The notes under the pieces were generated by a model, which worked only from the letters and a program-made list of their open reading frames with translations, was not told the origin of the DNA and ran no database searches. A DNA stretch of 64,000 nucleotides from an uncultured Chloroflexia bacterium. GTDB lineage: Bacteria; Chloroflexota; Limnocylindria; Limnocylindrales; CSP1-4. Made by a program: the position numbers and the translations under genes. The number at the start of each line of letters is the position of its first letter. Position 1 is the stretch's first letter. The stretch is taken from positions 72,895-136,894 of the forward strand of contig CAVZVS010000003.1 in assembly GCA_963778815.1 (NCBI GenBank). The letters run 5' to 3'. Positions 1 to 8,606 of the stretch are shown one piece after another.

Positions 1-701
1 AGCCTGAGCGCCTCGACCACCGCCTCGAGCTTCGAGTGGACGTGGAGCTTGGCGGTGATGTTCTGGACGTGCGTCCGGAGGGTGTTCGGGGCGATGGTCA
101 GTTCGGTGCAGATCTCCTTGGTCGTCCGCCCGGCACTGAGCAGGCGCAGGATCCCGAGCTCGCGCGTGGTCAGCGCCTCGACCGGTTGTCCATCGGGCGC
201 CGGCTCGCGGGCGATCCGGACCCGCAGCGCGATCTTGGCGATGACTGACGGGGGCAGGAGGGTCTCGCCGGCGAAGGCCGCCCGGACGGCGCCCAGGATC
301 TCGTCCATGGAGGCGGTCTTGGCCAGGAACCCGTCGGCCCCGGCCTGGATCGACTCGAGCACGGTCTCGTCGTCGTCGTAGGCGGTCAGCATGATGACCG
401 AGACCCGCGGCCAGCGAGCCTTTGCGGCGCGGGCTACCTCGGCTCCGGTGCCATCGGGTAGGACGTAATCCATCAGGACCACGTCGACCGGCTGACGGAG
501 GCGGACCCGGGCCTCGACCGCCGAGTAGGCACTGCCGACCATGGTGATCCCGGGTTCGGTCGCAAGCATCCGGCTCAGCGCGTCGGCCAGCGCTCGATGA
601 TCGTCGACCAGGAGGACCCGGATCGCCGGCGGATCGACGCCGGGGACCGGGCGGCTCGCGTCGGCTCGTTGGCCCTGGGTGGATGTCGCGCGACCAGGCA
701 C
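1..701 (-). CDS. NarL/LuxR-family response regulator (REC + HTH), 3' end runs off the window
   Basis: Not in ORF track. Manual translation gives IRVLLVDDH..VVLMDYVLPDGTG..IMLTAY..GADGFLAK..LTTRELGILRLLSAGRTTKEI..TLRTHVQNITAKLHVHSKLEAV. In-frame GTG at 701 with TAGACT 6 nt upstream. Confidence 0.9.
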   Translation of the reverse strand, partial: MPGRATSTQGQRADASRPVPGVDPPAIRVLLVDDHRALADALSRMLATEPGITMVGSAYSAVEARVRLRQPVDVVLMDYVLPDGTGAEVARAAKARWPRVSVIMLTAYDDDETVLESIQAGADGFLAKTASMDEILGAVRAAFAGETLLPPSVIAKIALRVRIAREPAPDGQPVEALTTRELGILRLLSAGRTTKEICTELTIAPNTLRTHVQNITAKLHVHSKLEAVVEALR

Positions 702-789
702 ACCATGAGTCTAGCGCCCGCAAGTCAAGTCGTTTTGGACTTTCTGCACGAACCGGCGGTCGCGATCCGGACCTGCGATGATCGGCCGC

Positions 790-1653
790 GTGCGGATCGC
801 GATCCTTGGCTTCGGGCTCATCGGCGGATCCATCGCCCGTGCCCTCCGGGCGCCAGGGGTCGTGGCCTCGCTCGGCGAGCCGCTCGAGCTGGTCGCCTGG
901 AGTCCCACTGCCAAAGGTCCGCGCGCGGCGCTCGATGCGGGCATCCTCGATGCTGCGCCGGCCGATCGGGCGGCCGCGATCGCCGGGGCCGACCTGATCG
1001 TCCTGGCTGCCTCGCCGCTCGCTTGCCTGGGTCTCGTCGACGAGCTGGCCGGTCAGCTGGGTGAAGCGCTCGGATCGACGGCCACCGTGACCGATGTCGC
1101 CAGCACCAAGCAGGTGATCGTGAAGGCCGCCGAGGCGGTCGGCATCCGGTTCGTCGGCGGTCATCCGATGGCGGGCCGGGAAGCCTCCGGCTTCGAGGCG
1201 TCGAGCGCGGACCTGTTCGTCGATCGGCCCTGGCTGATCTGCCCGAGTCGGTCGGCCGACGCGCAGGACATCGCCAGGGTCGAGGCGCTGGCACGGGCCT
1301 GTCGCGCTCGTCCGATCGCGATGGACCCGACCAACCACGACCGGACCGCCGCCTTGGTCAGCCATCTGCCCCTCATCCTGAGTGCGGCCCTGGTCGAGGC
1401 GGTGACCGGCGACCCGGGTTGGCCCGAGGCGCGACCGCTGGCGGCCGGTGGCTGGCAGAGCATGACCCGACTGGCCAAGGGCGATCCGGTCATGGGCGCG
1501 GGGATCGCCGCCACCAACGCCCCGGCCATCGCTCACGGTCTGCGCCAGGTCCGCGACGAGCTGACCGACTGGATCGCCGCCCTCGACGGGGAAGCCGATC
1601 CGCTCGAGCTCGAGGCCCGCCTGCGGGCCGCCCGGGAGCGACTCGAGTCCTGA
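790..1653 (+). CDS. tyrA: Prephenate/arogenate dehydrogenase
   Basis: GFGLIGGS Rossmann motif, TDVASTK, FVGGHPMAGRE, HD..A.VSHLP, MTRLA. Start at GTG 790 (ATG 778 is an alternative). Confidence 0.9.
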   Translation: MRIAILGFGLIGGSIARALRAPGVVASLGEPLELVAWSPTAKGPRAALDAGILDAAPADRAAAIAGADLIVLAASPLACLGLVDELAGQLGEALGSTATVTDVASTKQVIVKAAEAVGIRFVGGHPMAGREASGFEASSADLFVDRPWLICPSRSADAQDIARVEALARACRARPIAMDPTNHDRTAALVSHLPLILSAALVEAVTGDPGWPEARPLAAGGWQSMTRLAKGDPVMGAGIAATNAPAIAHGLRQVRDELTDWIAALDGEADPLELEARLRAARERLES

Positions 1654-2273
1654 TGGTGGAGCGGGCGCCGAGCGACCCGAACGGGCCGGCTGTCGAGCAG
1701 GTCTACGTCGTGCCCCGTGCGGCGGTCATCCCCGACGAGGGCTGGCTGGGCATCCGGACCGATGACACGGATCGCCTGCTCGAGACGATCCGGGCGACCG
1801 GCCGCTTCGGACCGCGCCCAACGATGGAGCTCGATCCCGACTTCAAGCAGGTCATCCCGTACCTCGTCCTGCGCGACGGGCCGCGCTGGTTCCTGATGCG
1901 TCGGACCAGGGCCGGGGGGGACGCGCGATTGCACGACCGCTGGTCGATCGGCATCGGCGGTCACCTCAACCCGGGTGACGGCGACATCGCCGGCGGTCTG
2001 GCTCGCGAGTGGGCCGAGGAGGTCGTGGCCGACTTCAGCCCGGTCCCGCGCTTCATCGGCTTGCTCAACGACGACACGACCGAGGTCGGTCGGGTCCATC
2101 TCGGGGCGGTCTTCGAGGCTGACGCGAGGGGACGGGCCGTGACCGTTCGCGAGACAGACAAGCTGTCCGGCGAGTTCGTCGAGGCGGCCGATGTGCGGGC
2201 GGTCCGCGATCGACTCGAGACCTGGAGCGCCATCGCGTTCGACCTTCTGGACGACGCCGCGGCCGTCGGCTGA
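1653..2273 (+). CDS. Nudix/MutT-like predicted phosphoesterase
   Basis: KQVIPY, RLHDRWSIGIGGHLN, REWAEEV, VGRVHLG motifs. ATG overlaps the tyrA stop. Confidence 0.75.
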   Translation: MVERAPSDPNGPAVEQVYVVPRAAVIPDEGWLGIRTDDTDRLLETIRATGRFGPRPTMELDPDFKQVIPYLVLRDGPRWFLMRRTRAGGDARLHDRWSIGIGGHLNPGDGDIAGGLAREWAEEVVADFSPVPRFIGLLNDDTTEVGRVHLGAVFEADARGRAVTVRETDKLSGEFVEAADVRAVRDRLETWSAIAFDLLDDAAAVG

Positions 2274-2316
2274 CCCCGTACAACGGTCCCATGTCGGGGT
2301 CCCGTTCGGCTATGCC

Positions 2317-2322
2317 TATAAT
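2317..2322 (+). promoter_or_regulatory. Sigma70-type -10 box (TATAAT) upstream of the REC-CpaE gene
   Basis: Perfect TATAAT in a GC-rich intergenic gap. GGGGAG RBS precedes ATG 2374. Confidence 0.55.
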
Positions 2323-2373
2323 CGGCGCTGGGCCCAGGGTGCGGCCCGGCACCGGAGCGATCCAGGGGAGCGC

Positions 2374-3546
2374 ATGGCGGCCAAGATCCTCGTCGTCGAC
2401 GACGACCCGAACGTCCAGCGAGTACTGACCTACACGCTCAAGCAGGAAGGCTATGAGGTCCTCGTCGCCAGCGACGGCGCCGAGGGGTTCAAGTTGTGGA
2501 GCACCGAGGAGCCTGCGCTCATCCTGCTCGACGTGATGCTGCCCAAGCTGGACGGCTACCAGGTCGCGGCCAAGATCCGGGAAGAGGAGACGACCTCCCA
2601 CGTCCCGATCATCATGCTCACCGCCGAGCGTGAGATCGAGCAACGAGTGCGGGGCCTGCGGGCCGGCGCGGACGACTACCTGATCAAGCCCTTCCACCAG
2701 GCCGAGCTGCTGGCCCGGATGAAGAGCCTGCTCGCCCGCTTCGCTCCCCGTGAGGGTCTCGTCGGTCGGCCGCTGCTCGGGCGGGTCGCGGCGTTCTATG
2801 GTGCCAAGGGCGGGGTGGGTACGACGACCATCGCCATCAACGCCGCGATCGCCCTCCATCGCGAGCTCGGTCGCAAGGTCGTCCTGGTCGACGGCAACCT
2901 CCAATTCGGCGATCACCGGGTCTTCCTCGATCTCGGGCTCGATCGCAAGAGCATCCTCGACGTGGTCACGGCCACCTCGATCGACGCCGACATCATCAAG
3001 AGCGTGGTCGTCCGCCACGACTCGGGCATCGACCTGCTCCTGGCGCCACCTTCGCCGGAGACGGCCGAGCTGGTGACCGAGGAGCACATCCCGCTCATCC
3101 TGGACAACCTGCGCACCCTGTACGACTACGTGATCATCGACATCGATAAGCGGCTCGACGAGGTCAACCTCAAGATCCTCGACGCCGCTGACGTCTTCTA
3201 CGTGGTCATGACCGCCGACCTGTCCTGCCTCAAGAACGTCCGGCTCGTGCTCGAGACGGTCGGCCACCTGGGGGTCGAGCAGCACAAGGTCCGATTGGTC
3301 CTCAACCGCTCGAACGCGTTCACCGGGATCAACGTCAAGAACGCCGAGAGCGCTCTGAAGCGGCCGATCGATCACCAGGTCCTGAACGAGTACCGCGGCG
3401 CGATCAGCGCGCTGAACAGCGGCTCGCCGTTCATGTTCACCAAGGCCGATTCGCCACTCGGTCGTTCGCTCCTGGATTTCGCCCGGGCGATCGACAAGAC
3501 CGCCGCCACCGGCGACGCCCCGCAGCTGGCCGCGCCCGCCCGATAA
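2374..3546 (+). CDS. Response-regulator receiver fused to CpaE/TadZ-like MinD/ParA ATPase
   Basis: REC: KILVVDDD, LLDVMLP, MLTA, DDYLIKPF. Deviant Walker A GAKGGVGTTT, VLVDGNLQFGD, YDYVIID, LVLNR. Confidence 0.85.
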   Translation: MAAKILVVDDDPNVQRVLTYTLKQEGYEVLVASDGAEGFKLWSTEEPALILLDVMLPKLDGYQVAAKIREEETTSHVPIIMLTAEREIEQRVRGLRAGADDYLIKPFHQAELLARMKSLLARFAPREGLVGRPLLGRVAAFYGAKGGVGTTTIAINAAIALHRELGRKVVLVDGNLQFGDHRVFLDLGLDRKSILDVVTATSIDADIIKSVVVRHDSGIDLLLAPPSPETAELVTEEHIPLILDNLRTLYDYVIIDIDKRLDEVNLKILDAADVFYVVMTADLSCLKNVRLVLETVGHLGVEQHKVRLVLNRSNAFTGINVKNAESALKRPIDHQVLNEYRGAISALNSGSPFMFTKADSPLGRSLLDFARAIDKTAATGDAPQLAAPAR

Positions 3547-3580
3547 GTCCGCGGTGAGCGCCCGCCGGTAGGGTGGGCCG

Positions 3581-5159
3581 GTGCTTGCCACCGTCCACGC
3601 CGCCACGCTCCAGGGCATCGAGGGTCAGGGTCATCCGGGTCGAGGTCGATGTCGCGCCCGGGCTGCCGGGGTTCACCATCGTCGGCCTGGCCGATACGGC
3701 CCTGCAGGAAGCGCGCGAGCGGGTCCGCGGAGCGATCCGCAACAGCGGACTGGCCTTCCCGCCGCGTCGGATCACGGTCAATCTCGCCCCGGCCGACCTG
3801 CGCAAGGCCGGAGCCTCGCTCGATCTGGCTATCGCGGTCGGGATCCTGCTCGGTTCGGAGCAGGTTCGGGCGGCCGGGCGCTGGGCATTCATCGGCGAGC
3901 TGTCCCTGGGCGGCGACGTCAGGACGGTCCCGGGTATCCTGCCCATGGTCATCGCTCTGGTCAGCCGCGGTGCACGCCGGGTCGTGGTGCCAGCCGACGC
4001 CGCCGACGAGGCGCGGCTGGCGTCAGGCGTGGAATGCCACCCGGCGAGCAGCCTGGCCGAGGTCCTGGCCGACCTGCGGCTGGCGGGCACTCGCCGCGGT
4101 TCGAGTCTTAGCGCGCCGGCCCGGGTCGAGCTCACGGCGGTTCGACCGTCCACCGACGGCCCACCACGGTCGAGCCGTCTGACGCAGGTGCCGGGCGACG
4201 TCCCTGATCTCGCCGAGGTCCGGGGTCAGGCGCTCGGCCGGCGGGCCCTCGAGATCGCCCTGGCCGGCGGCCACGGCCTGTTGTGCATCGGTCCGCCCGG
4301 TTCGGGCAAGACCCTGCTGGCCCGGACCATCCCTGGCTTGCTCCCGCCACTGGCGGACGACGAGGCCCAGGTCGCCTCGGCGATCGTGTCGGCGGCTGGC
4401 GACGGGCCTCTGACCGAGCTCGTCCGGACCCGCCCGTTCCGGGCTCCCCATCACACCATCAGCTATGCCGGGATGCTGGGCGGCGGTCCCCGGCTGACTC
4501 CGGGCGAGGTGACCCGGGCCAACGAGGGCGTCCTCTTCCTCGATGAGCTGCCGGAGTTCGGTCGGGACGTCCTCGAGGCCCTCCGCCAGCCGCTCGAGGA
4601 CGGCCATGTGGCGATCGTCCGGGTCGGCGGCTCGGTGGTCCTGCCGGCCCGGTTCCAGTTCATCGGAGCGATGAACCCATGCCCCTGCGGTGGGTCGGCC
4701 GGGGATGACGGCGAGTGCCGCTGCCGGACGGGTGTCCGCGACCGATATGCGGCTCGGGTCTCGGGTCCTCTGCGCGATCGGATCGACATCTGGGTCGAGA
4801 TGCCGCCGGTCGCTCAGGCGGCTCTCATCGGCACGGGCGGCGCCGAATCCAGCGCGGAGGTCGGTCGACGGATCGCCCAGGCCCGCGCGGTCGCCGTCGC
4901 CCGGAGCGGCACGGTGAACGCGCGCCTCGACGGCGTTCGTCTGCGGACCGTCTGCCGCTTGACCGCCGCCGATCAGCGCCTGGCCGGGTCGATCGCCCTC
5001 TCGAGCAGGTTGTCCGCTCGCGGCGTCGGCCGGTTGCTCCGGGTCGCGCGGACCATCGCCGATCTCGATGGCGCCGCGATCGTCGGCCGCCAGCACCTCG
5101 AGGAAGCCGCCCGCTTCCGGGTCCCGAGCGGTCCCTACGCCGGCGCCCTGGCGCGATGA
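3581..5159 (+). CDS. comM: ComM/YifB Mg-chelatase-like AAA+ ATPase (one frameshift near 3626)
   Basis: MLATVHAATLQGIEG (3581 frame) joins RVIRVEVDVAPGLPGFTIVGL. ITVNLAPADLRK, GPPGSGKT, PFRAPHH, LFLDELPEF, AMNPCPCG, SGPLRDRID. Confidence 0.9.
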
Positions 5160-6424
5160 CCCGATCGATCGACGAACGCGGCTGTTGGGCGATCCTGGCC
5201 TCGGTCACCGGCCTGGGACCGCGGACGTTCGCCCTGCTCTTGTCAGAGCATGGCAGCGGGCGCCGCGTGGTCGAGCTGGCCGCGACCGCCGCCGGTCGGC
5301 GGCTGATCCGGGACGGACCGAAGCGAGACCGCGATCGGCTGCCTGGTCCGATGATCGAGGCGCTCGGGGTCGCGGTCGCCGAAGGTGAGGATCTCCTCGG
5401 TCGCCTGCGGGATCTGGCGATCGACGTCCTGACCGTCGATGATGCGGCCTATCCGGGCCGGCTTCGGGCGCTTGCCGAGCCGCCGCTCGTGCTCTTCGTT
5501 CGGGGCGACGTCTCAGCCCTCTCGGCCGAACGAGCCGTGGCGATCGTGGGCACCCGTCGTCCGACCGAGTCGGGCCGTCGGATCGCCGCACGCATCTCCG
5601 ACAGCGCCACCCGACTCGGTGCGGTGGTCGTGTCCGGGCTGGCGCTTGGCATCGACGGCGCGGCGCACGCGGCTGCGGTCACGGCGGCGGGTCCGACCGT
5701 CGCTGTCCTCGGGTCGGGCCACGATCGCCTCTACCCGCGGGCTCACGCCCGACTCGCAGAGCGGATCGTCGCTGGGGGAGGCACCCTCGTCTCGGAGCTG
5801 CCACCGGAAGCCCGGCCGACCAGCGGCACCTTCCCACGGCGCAACCGACTGATCAGCGGTCTGGCCGATGCGACGGTCGTCGTCGAGGCGGCGTCGGGCA
5901 GCGGTGCCCTCATCACGGCACGCTGGGCTCTCGAGCAGGGTCGGGATTGTTTCGTCGTCCCGGGCTCGATCGACGCGCCGGCCTCCGCCGGTTGCCTTGC
6001 CTTCCTGCGCGAGTACGCCGGGGAGGCGCGGATCGTGGCCGGCCTGGCCGAGCTCATCGACGACCTGGGCCTGGTGCCGGCTGACACCGACGCGGGGGTG
6101 GGCTCTCGGATCGTCTCGGGGGAGGCCCTCCTGGCGACGATGGGCGCGGTCGAGGCACTCGTCGCACGGGCCCTGGTCGACGGTCTCAGTAGCCTCGACG
6201 AGCTCGCGGAGCGGACGCGACTGCCCGTCGCGACGATCCTTGGGACCCTGACGATCCTCGAGATGCGCGGTTGGGTCGCGTCGGTCTACGGCCGCTTCCG
6301 ACCGAGCGGATCGCTGGCGGCCGTGCCTCCGGGGTTTGCCCTTGGTCGCGAACCGGTGCTAACCTTGCCGGCGATCGACCAACCCGCGAAGTCCGTCGAT
6401 CAGACAGCCGCACGAAGCCGCTGA
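5156..6424 (+). CDS. dprA: DNA-processing protein DprA/Smf
   Basis: YPGRL..PPLVLFVRG, VAIVGTR, VVSGLALGID, FPRRNRLISGL, VVVEA..SGALITA, C-terminal winged helix. Confidence 0.93.
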   Translation: MTRSIDERGCWAILASVTGLGPRTFALLLSEHGSGRRVVELAATAAGRRLIRDGPKRDRDRLPGPMIEALGVAVAEGEDLLGRLRDLAIDVLTVDDAAYPGRLRALAEPPLVLFVRGDVSALSAERAVAIVGTRRPTESGRRIAARISDSATRLGAVVVSGLALGIDGAAHAAAVTAAGPTVAVLGSGHDRLYPRAHARLAERIVAGGGTLVSELPPEARPTSGTFPRRNRLISGLADATVVVEAASGSGALITARWALEQGRDCFVVPGSIDAPASAGCLAFLREYAGEARIVAGLAELIDDLGLVPADTDAGVGSRIVSGEALLATMGAVEALVARALVDGLSSLDELAERTRLPVATILGTLTILEMRGWVASVYGRFRPSGSLAAVPPGFALGREPVLTLPAIDQPAKSVDQTAARSR

Positions 6425-6453
6425 CCCCAGGCAACGAGCCAGGAGACTGTCTA

Positions 6454-8112
6454 TTGCGAAAATTCGCCGCCACGGCGCTTGCCATCCCCATCCTCGCACT
6501 GGTCTATGGACCGGTCTTCGTCCGGCGCATGCTCGCCGGGCGGATGGGTATCGGGATCGGCACCCTGGCGATCAGCGCGATCGTGGTCGTCGGCCTGGCG
6601 GCTCCGGTCCAGACCCAGGCGCACCCCCCGGTCACCGCGAGCCCCATCGGCCCGGCGGCGCTGGCCGGCAACATCGAGGCCCATCACGGGCTGCGTGAGC
6701 CTGTCCGTCTGTCCTTCAGCAGCCCGATGGATCAGGCCAGCGTGGCGGCCGCCTTGACCGTCGACCCGGCGACTCCGGTCGTGCTCACCTGGGACGCCGC
6801 CGGTCAGGCACTCACGGTCGCGCCGAAGTCCGGCTGGAAGACGAGCACCTACTACACCGTCACGGTCGCGCCGACCGCCGCCGATGCCACCGGCCAGAAG
6901 TTGGCCGGGCCGGCGCGGGCGATCTTCACGACTCGCTCCTCGATCGGCGGACGGATCGTGGCGCTGGACGCCTTGGTCGCGGGTCGACTGCCGACAGCGA
7001 CGGGTTTCGTCGTCAGCTATGAGGGTCCGGTCGACGTCGCCGCCGTCGAGGCCGCCTTCCACATCGATCCCGCGGTCGAAGGCTCGTTCTCGACCGAGAC
7101 CACCGCTGCAGGCGGCACCGCGGTGACCTTCACCCCGGATGAGAGCCTCGACTCGAACACCGCCTACACGGTCTCGGTCGATGGACCCGTGGTCGACCAG
7201 GATGGCTCGACCACCACCGCTCCGGCCAGCCTGTCCGTGCGCACGGCGAAGGGGCCAGGGGTCGTTCGATTCCGCCCGGTCACCGGCAGTACCGATGCGT
7301 CGCGCTCGTCGGCCCTGTCGGTGCGCTTCAGCGCCCGGATGGACCGGGCGTCCACGGCGACGGCGTTCAGCGCCACGGTCGCCGGCAAGAAGCTCAAGGG
7401 AACCGTGACCTGGGCCGAGCGGGACACCGTCCTGGTCTTCCAGCCGAGCGCTCCGCTGGGCTACGGGACCAAGGTCGTCCTGGCGGTCGCCACAAGCGCG
7501 ACCGATCGAGCTGGAACGCCGCTGGCGGCGGCCAAGTCGGCGACCTTCAGCGTCGAGAAGAAGCCGGTGGCCGCGCGCAAGACCGCCAAGACGGGCGGCG
7601 GGGGCGGTGGCGGTGGCGGGACCAGCCACATCGGCCACGGCGGCAGCGTCGGGTCGGGCTCCTGGCAGGCCGTCGAGGCCTATTACCTCAGGCTCATGAA
7701 CTGCACCCGCCAGGGCGGCTGGGTCACCTCCGGCGGCGATTGCAGCAGTCCCGGCGGGAGCGGCATCTCGGCACTCATCCTCAGCTCCGGGATCAGCCGG
7801 AGTGTCTCGCGACCCTACGCCAAGTACCTCGCCAACAGCGGCATCTGCAGCCACTTCGCCGACGGTGACCCGGGCGATCGCCTCCGTCGGGCGGGCTACG
7901 CCGGTGACTATCGCGAGAACATCGGCTGTCGGGACATGGCCAACGCCTACGCCTCGGTCCTGGGCACCCACCTGTTCTTCCAGAGCGAGAGGCCGTGCGG
8001 TGGGTATTGCCACTACGCCAACATCATGTCGACCAAGATGAAGTACGTCGGCATCGGCATCTGGGTGGCCCACGGTCATACCAGGCTGGTCATCGACTTC
8101 TGGGAAGGCTGA
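6454..8112 (+). CDS. Membrane-anchored/secreted protein with ~3 Ig-like (Big_5-type) domains and a C-terminal CAP/SCP domain
   Basis: TTG start with AGGAGA RBS, hydrophobic N-terminus, repeated FS.PMD..S..A.F...Y.VTV units, Gly-rich linker, then SH..RL.RAGY..ENIG..HYANIM...VGIG CAP motifs. Confidence 0.7.
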   Translation: MRKFAATALAIPILALVYGPVFVRRMLAGRMGIGIGTLAISAIVVVGLAAPVQTQAHPPVTASPIGPAALAGNIEAHHGLREPVRLSFSSPMDQASVAAALTVDPATPVVLTWDAAGQALTVAPKSGWKTSTYYTVTVAPTAADATGQKLAGPARAIFTTRSSIGGRIVALDALVAGRLPTATGFVVSYEGPVDVAAVEAAFHIDPAVEGSFSTETTAAGGTAVTFTPDESLDSNTAYTVSVDGPVVDQDGSTTTAPASLSVRTAKGPGVVRFRPVTGSTDASRSSALSVRFSARMDRASTATAFSATVAGKKLKGTVTWAERDTVLVFQPSAPLGYGTKVVLAVATSATDRAGTPLAAAKSATFSVEKKPVAARKTAKTGGGGGGGGGTSHIGHGGSVGSGSWQAVEAYYLRLMNCTRQGGWVTSGGDCSSPGGSGISALILSSGISRSVSRPYAKYLANSGICSHFADGDPGDRLRRAGYAGDYRENIGCRDMANAYASVLGTHLFFQSERPCGGYCHYANIMSTKMKYVGIGIWVAHGHTRLVIDFWEG

Positions 8113-8118
8113 ACTCCG

Positions 8119-8529
8119 CTGATCCGGAACGTCGTCCTGCACATCAATAACGAGCAGCCGCTCCTGGCCGACCTCTTCGCGCTCCCGTCCAACGCCGACG
8201 TCGCCGTGCTGTGCACCAACCTGCGCGAGCTCAACGGCAAGCGCCCCGTCTTCGCGGACCACATCGATTCGGTCTTCCTGTTCCCCCTGGTCCATCTCCG
8301 CTTCATCGAGATGGCCTCGAACACGGTCTCGGAGTCCGGCGAGGTCCGTGATGACACGGCTCCGAGCCGACCCAGCCCAGCCCGGCCCGGGGCCGACGCC
8401 GAGGCGGAGGAGCGTCCCCGCCTGCCCGCCGGCGCCCCCGTCGGCGCGTCGGCCAAGGACGCTGCGGTCGAGGCCGAGAGCGATCTGGATATCGACGAGG
8501 ACTTCCTGCGGCGCGTCCGCGACGTCTGA
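8119..8529 (+). CDS. Small hypothetical protein (start uncertain: CTG 8119 or GTG 8206)
   Basis: Frame open and protein-like from 8119 (IRNVVLHINNEQPLLADLFALP...), typical codon usage, acidic tail DIDEDFLRRVRDV. Confidence 0.65.
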   Translation: MIRNVVLHINNEQPLLADLFALPSNADVAVLCTNLRELNGKRPVFADHIDSVFLFPLVHLRFIEMASNTVSESGEVRDDTAPSRPSPARPGADAEAEERPRLPAGAPVGASAKDAAVEAESDLDIDEDFLRRVRDV

Positions 8530-8606
8530 CCCGACCGTAGGTCGAAGGTCCGCTCGACGGCCGATGGATCGTCCGATGAGGGGCCGGTGCTAGACTCCCG
8601 CACGTC

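Noticed and set aside
7593-7620. GGC-rich tandem repeat
   Set aside because: Encodes a poly-Gly linker within a CDS.
6451-8295. Long antisense ORFs (e.g. 6451-8295, 14630-17053, 17852-19807, 36245-38200, 43472-45364)
   Set aside because: Shadow frames of high-GC coding genes: no motifs, and opposite well-supported genes.
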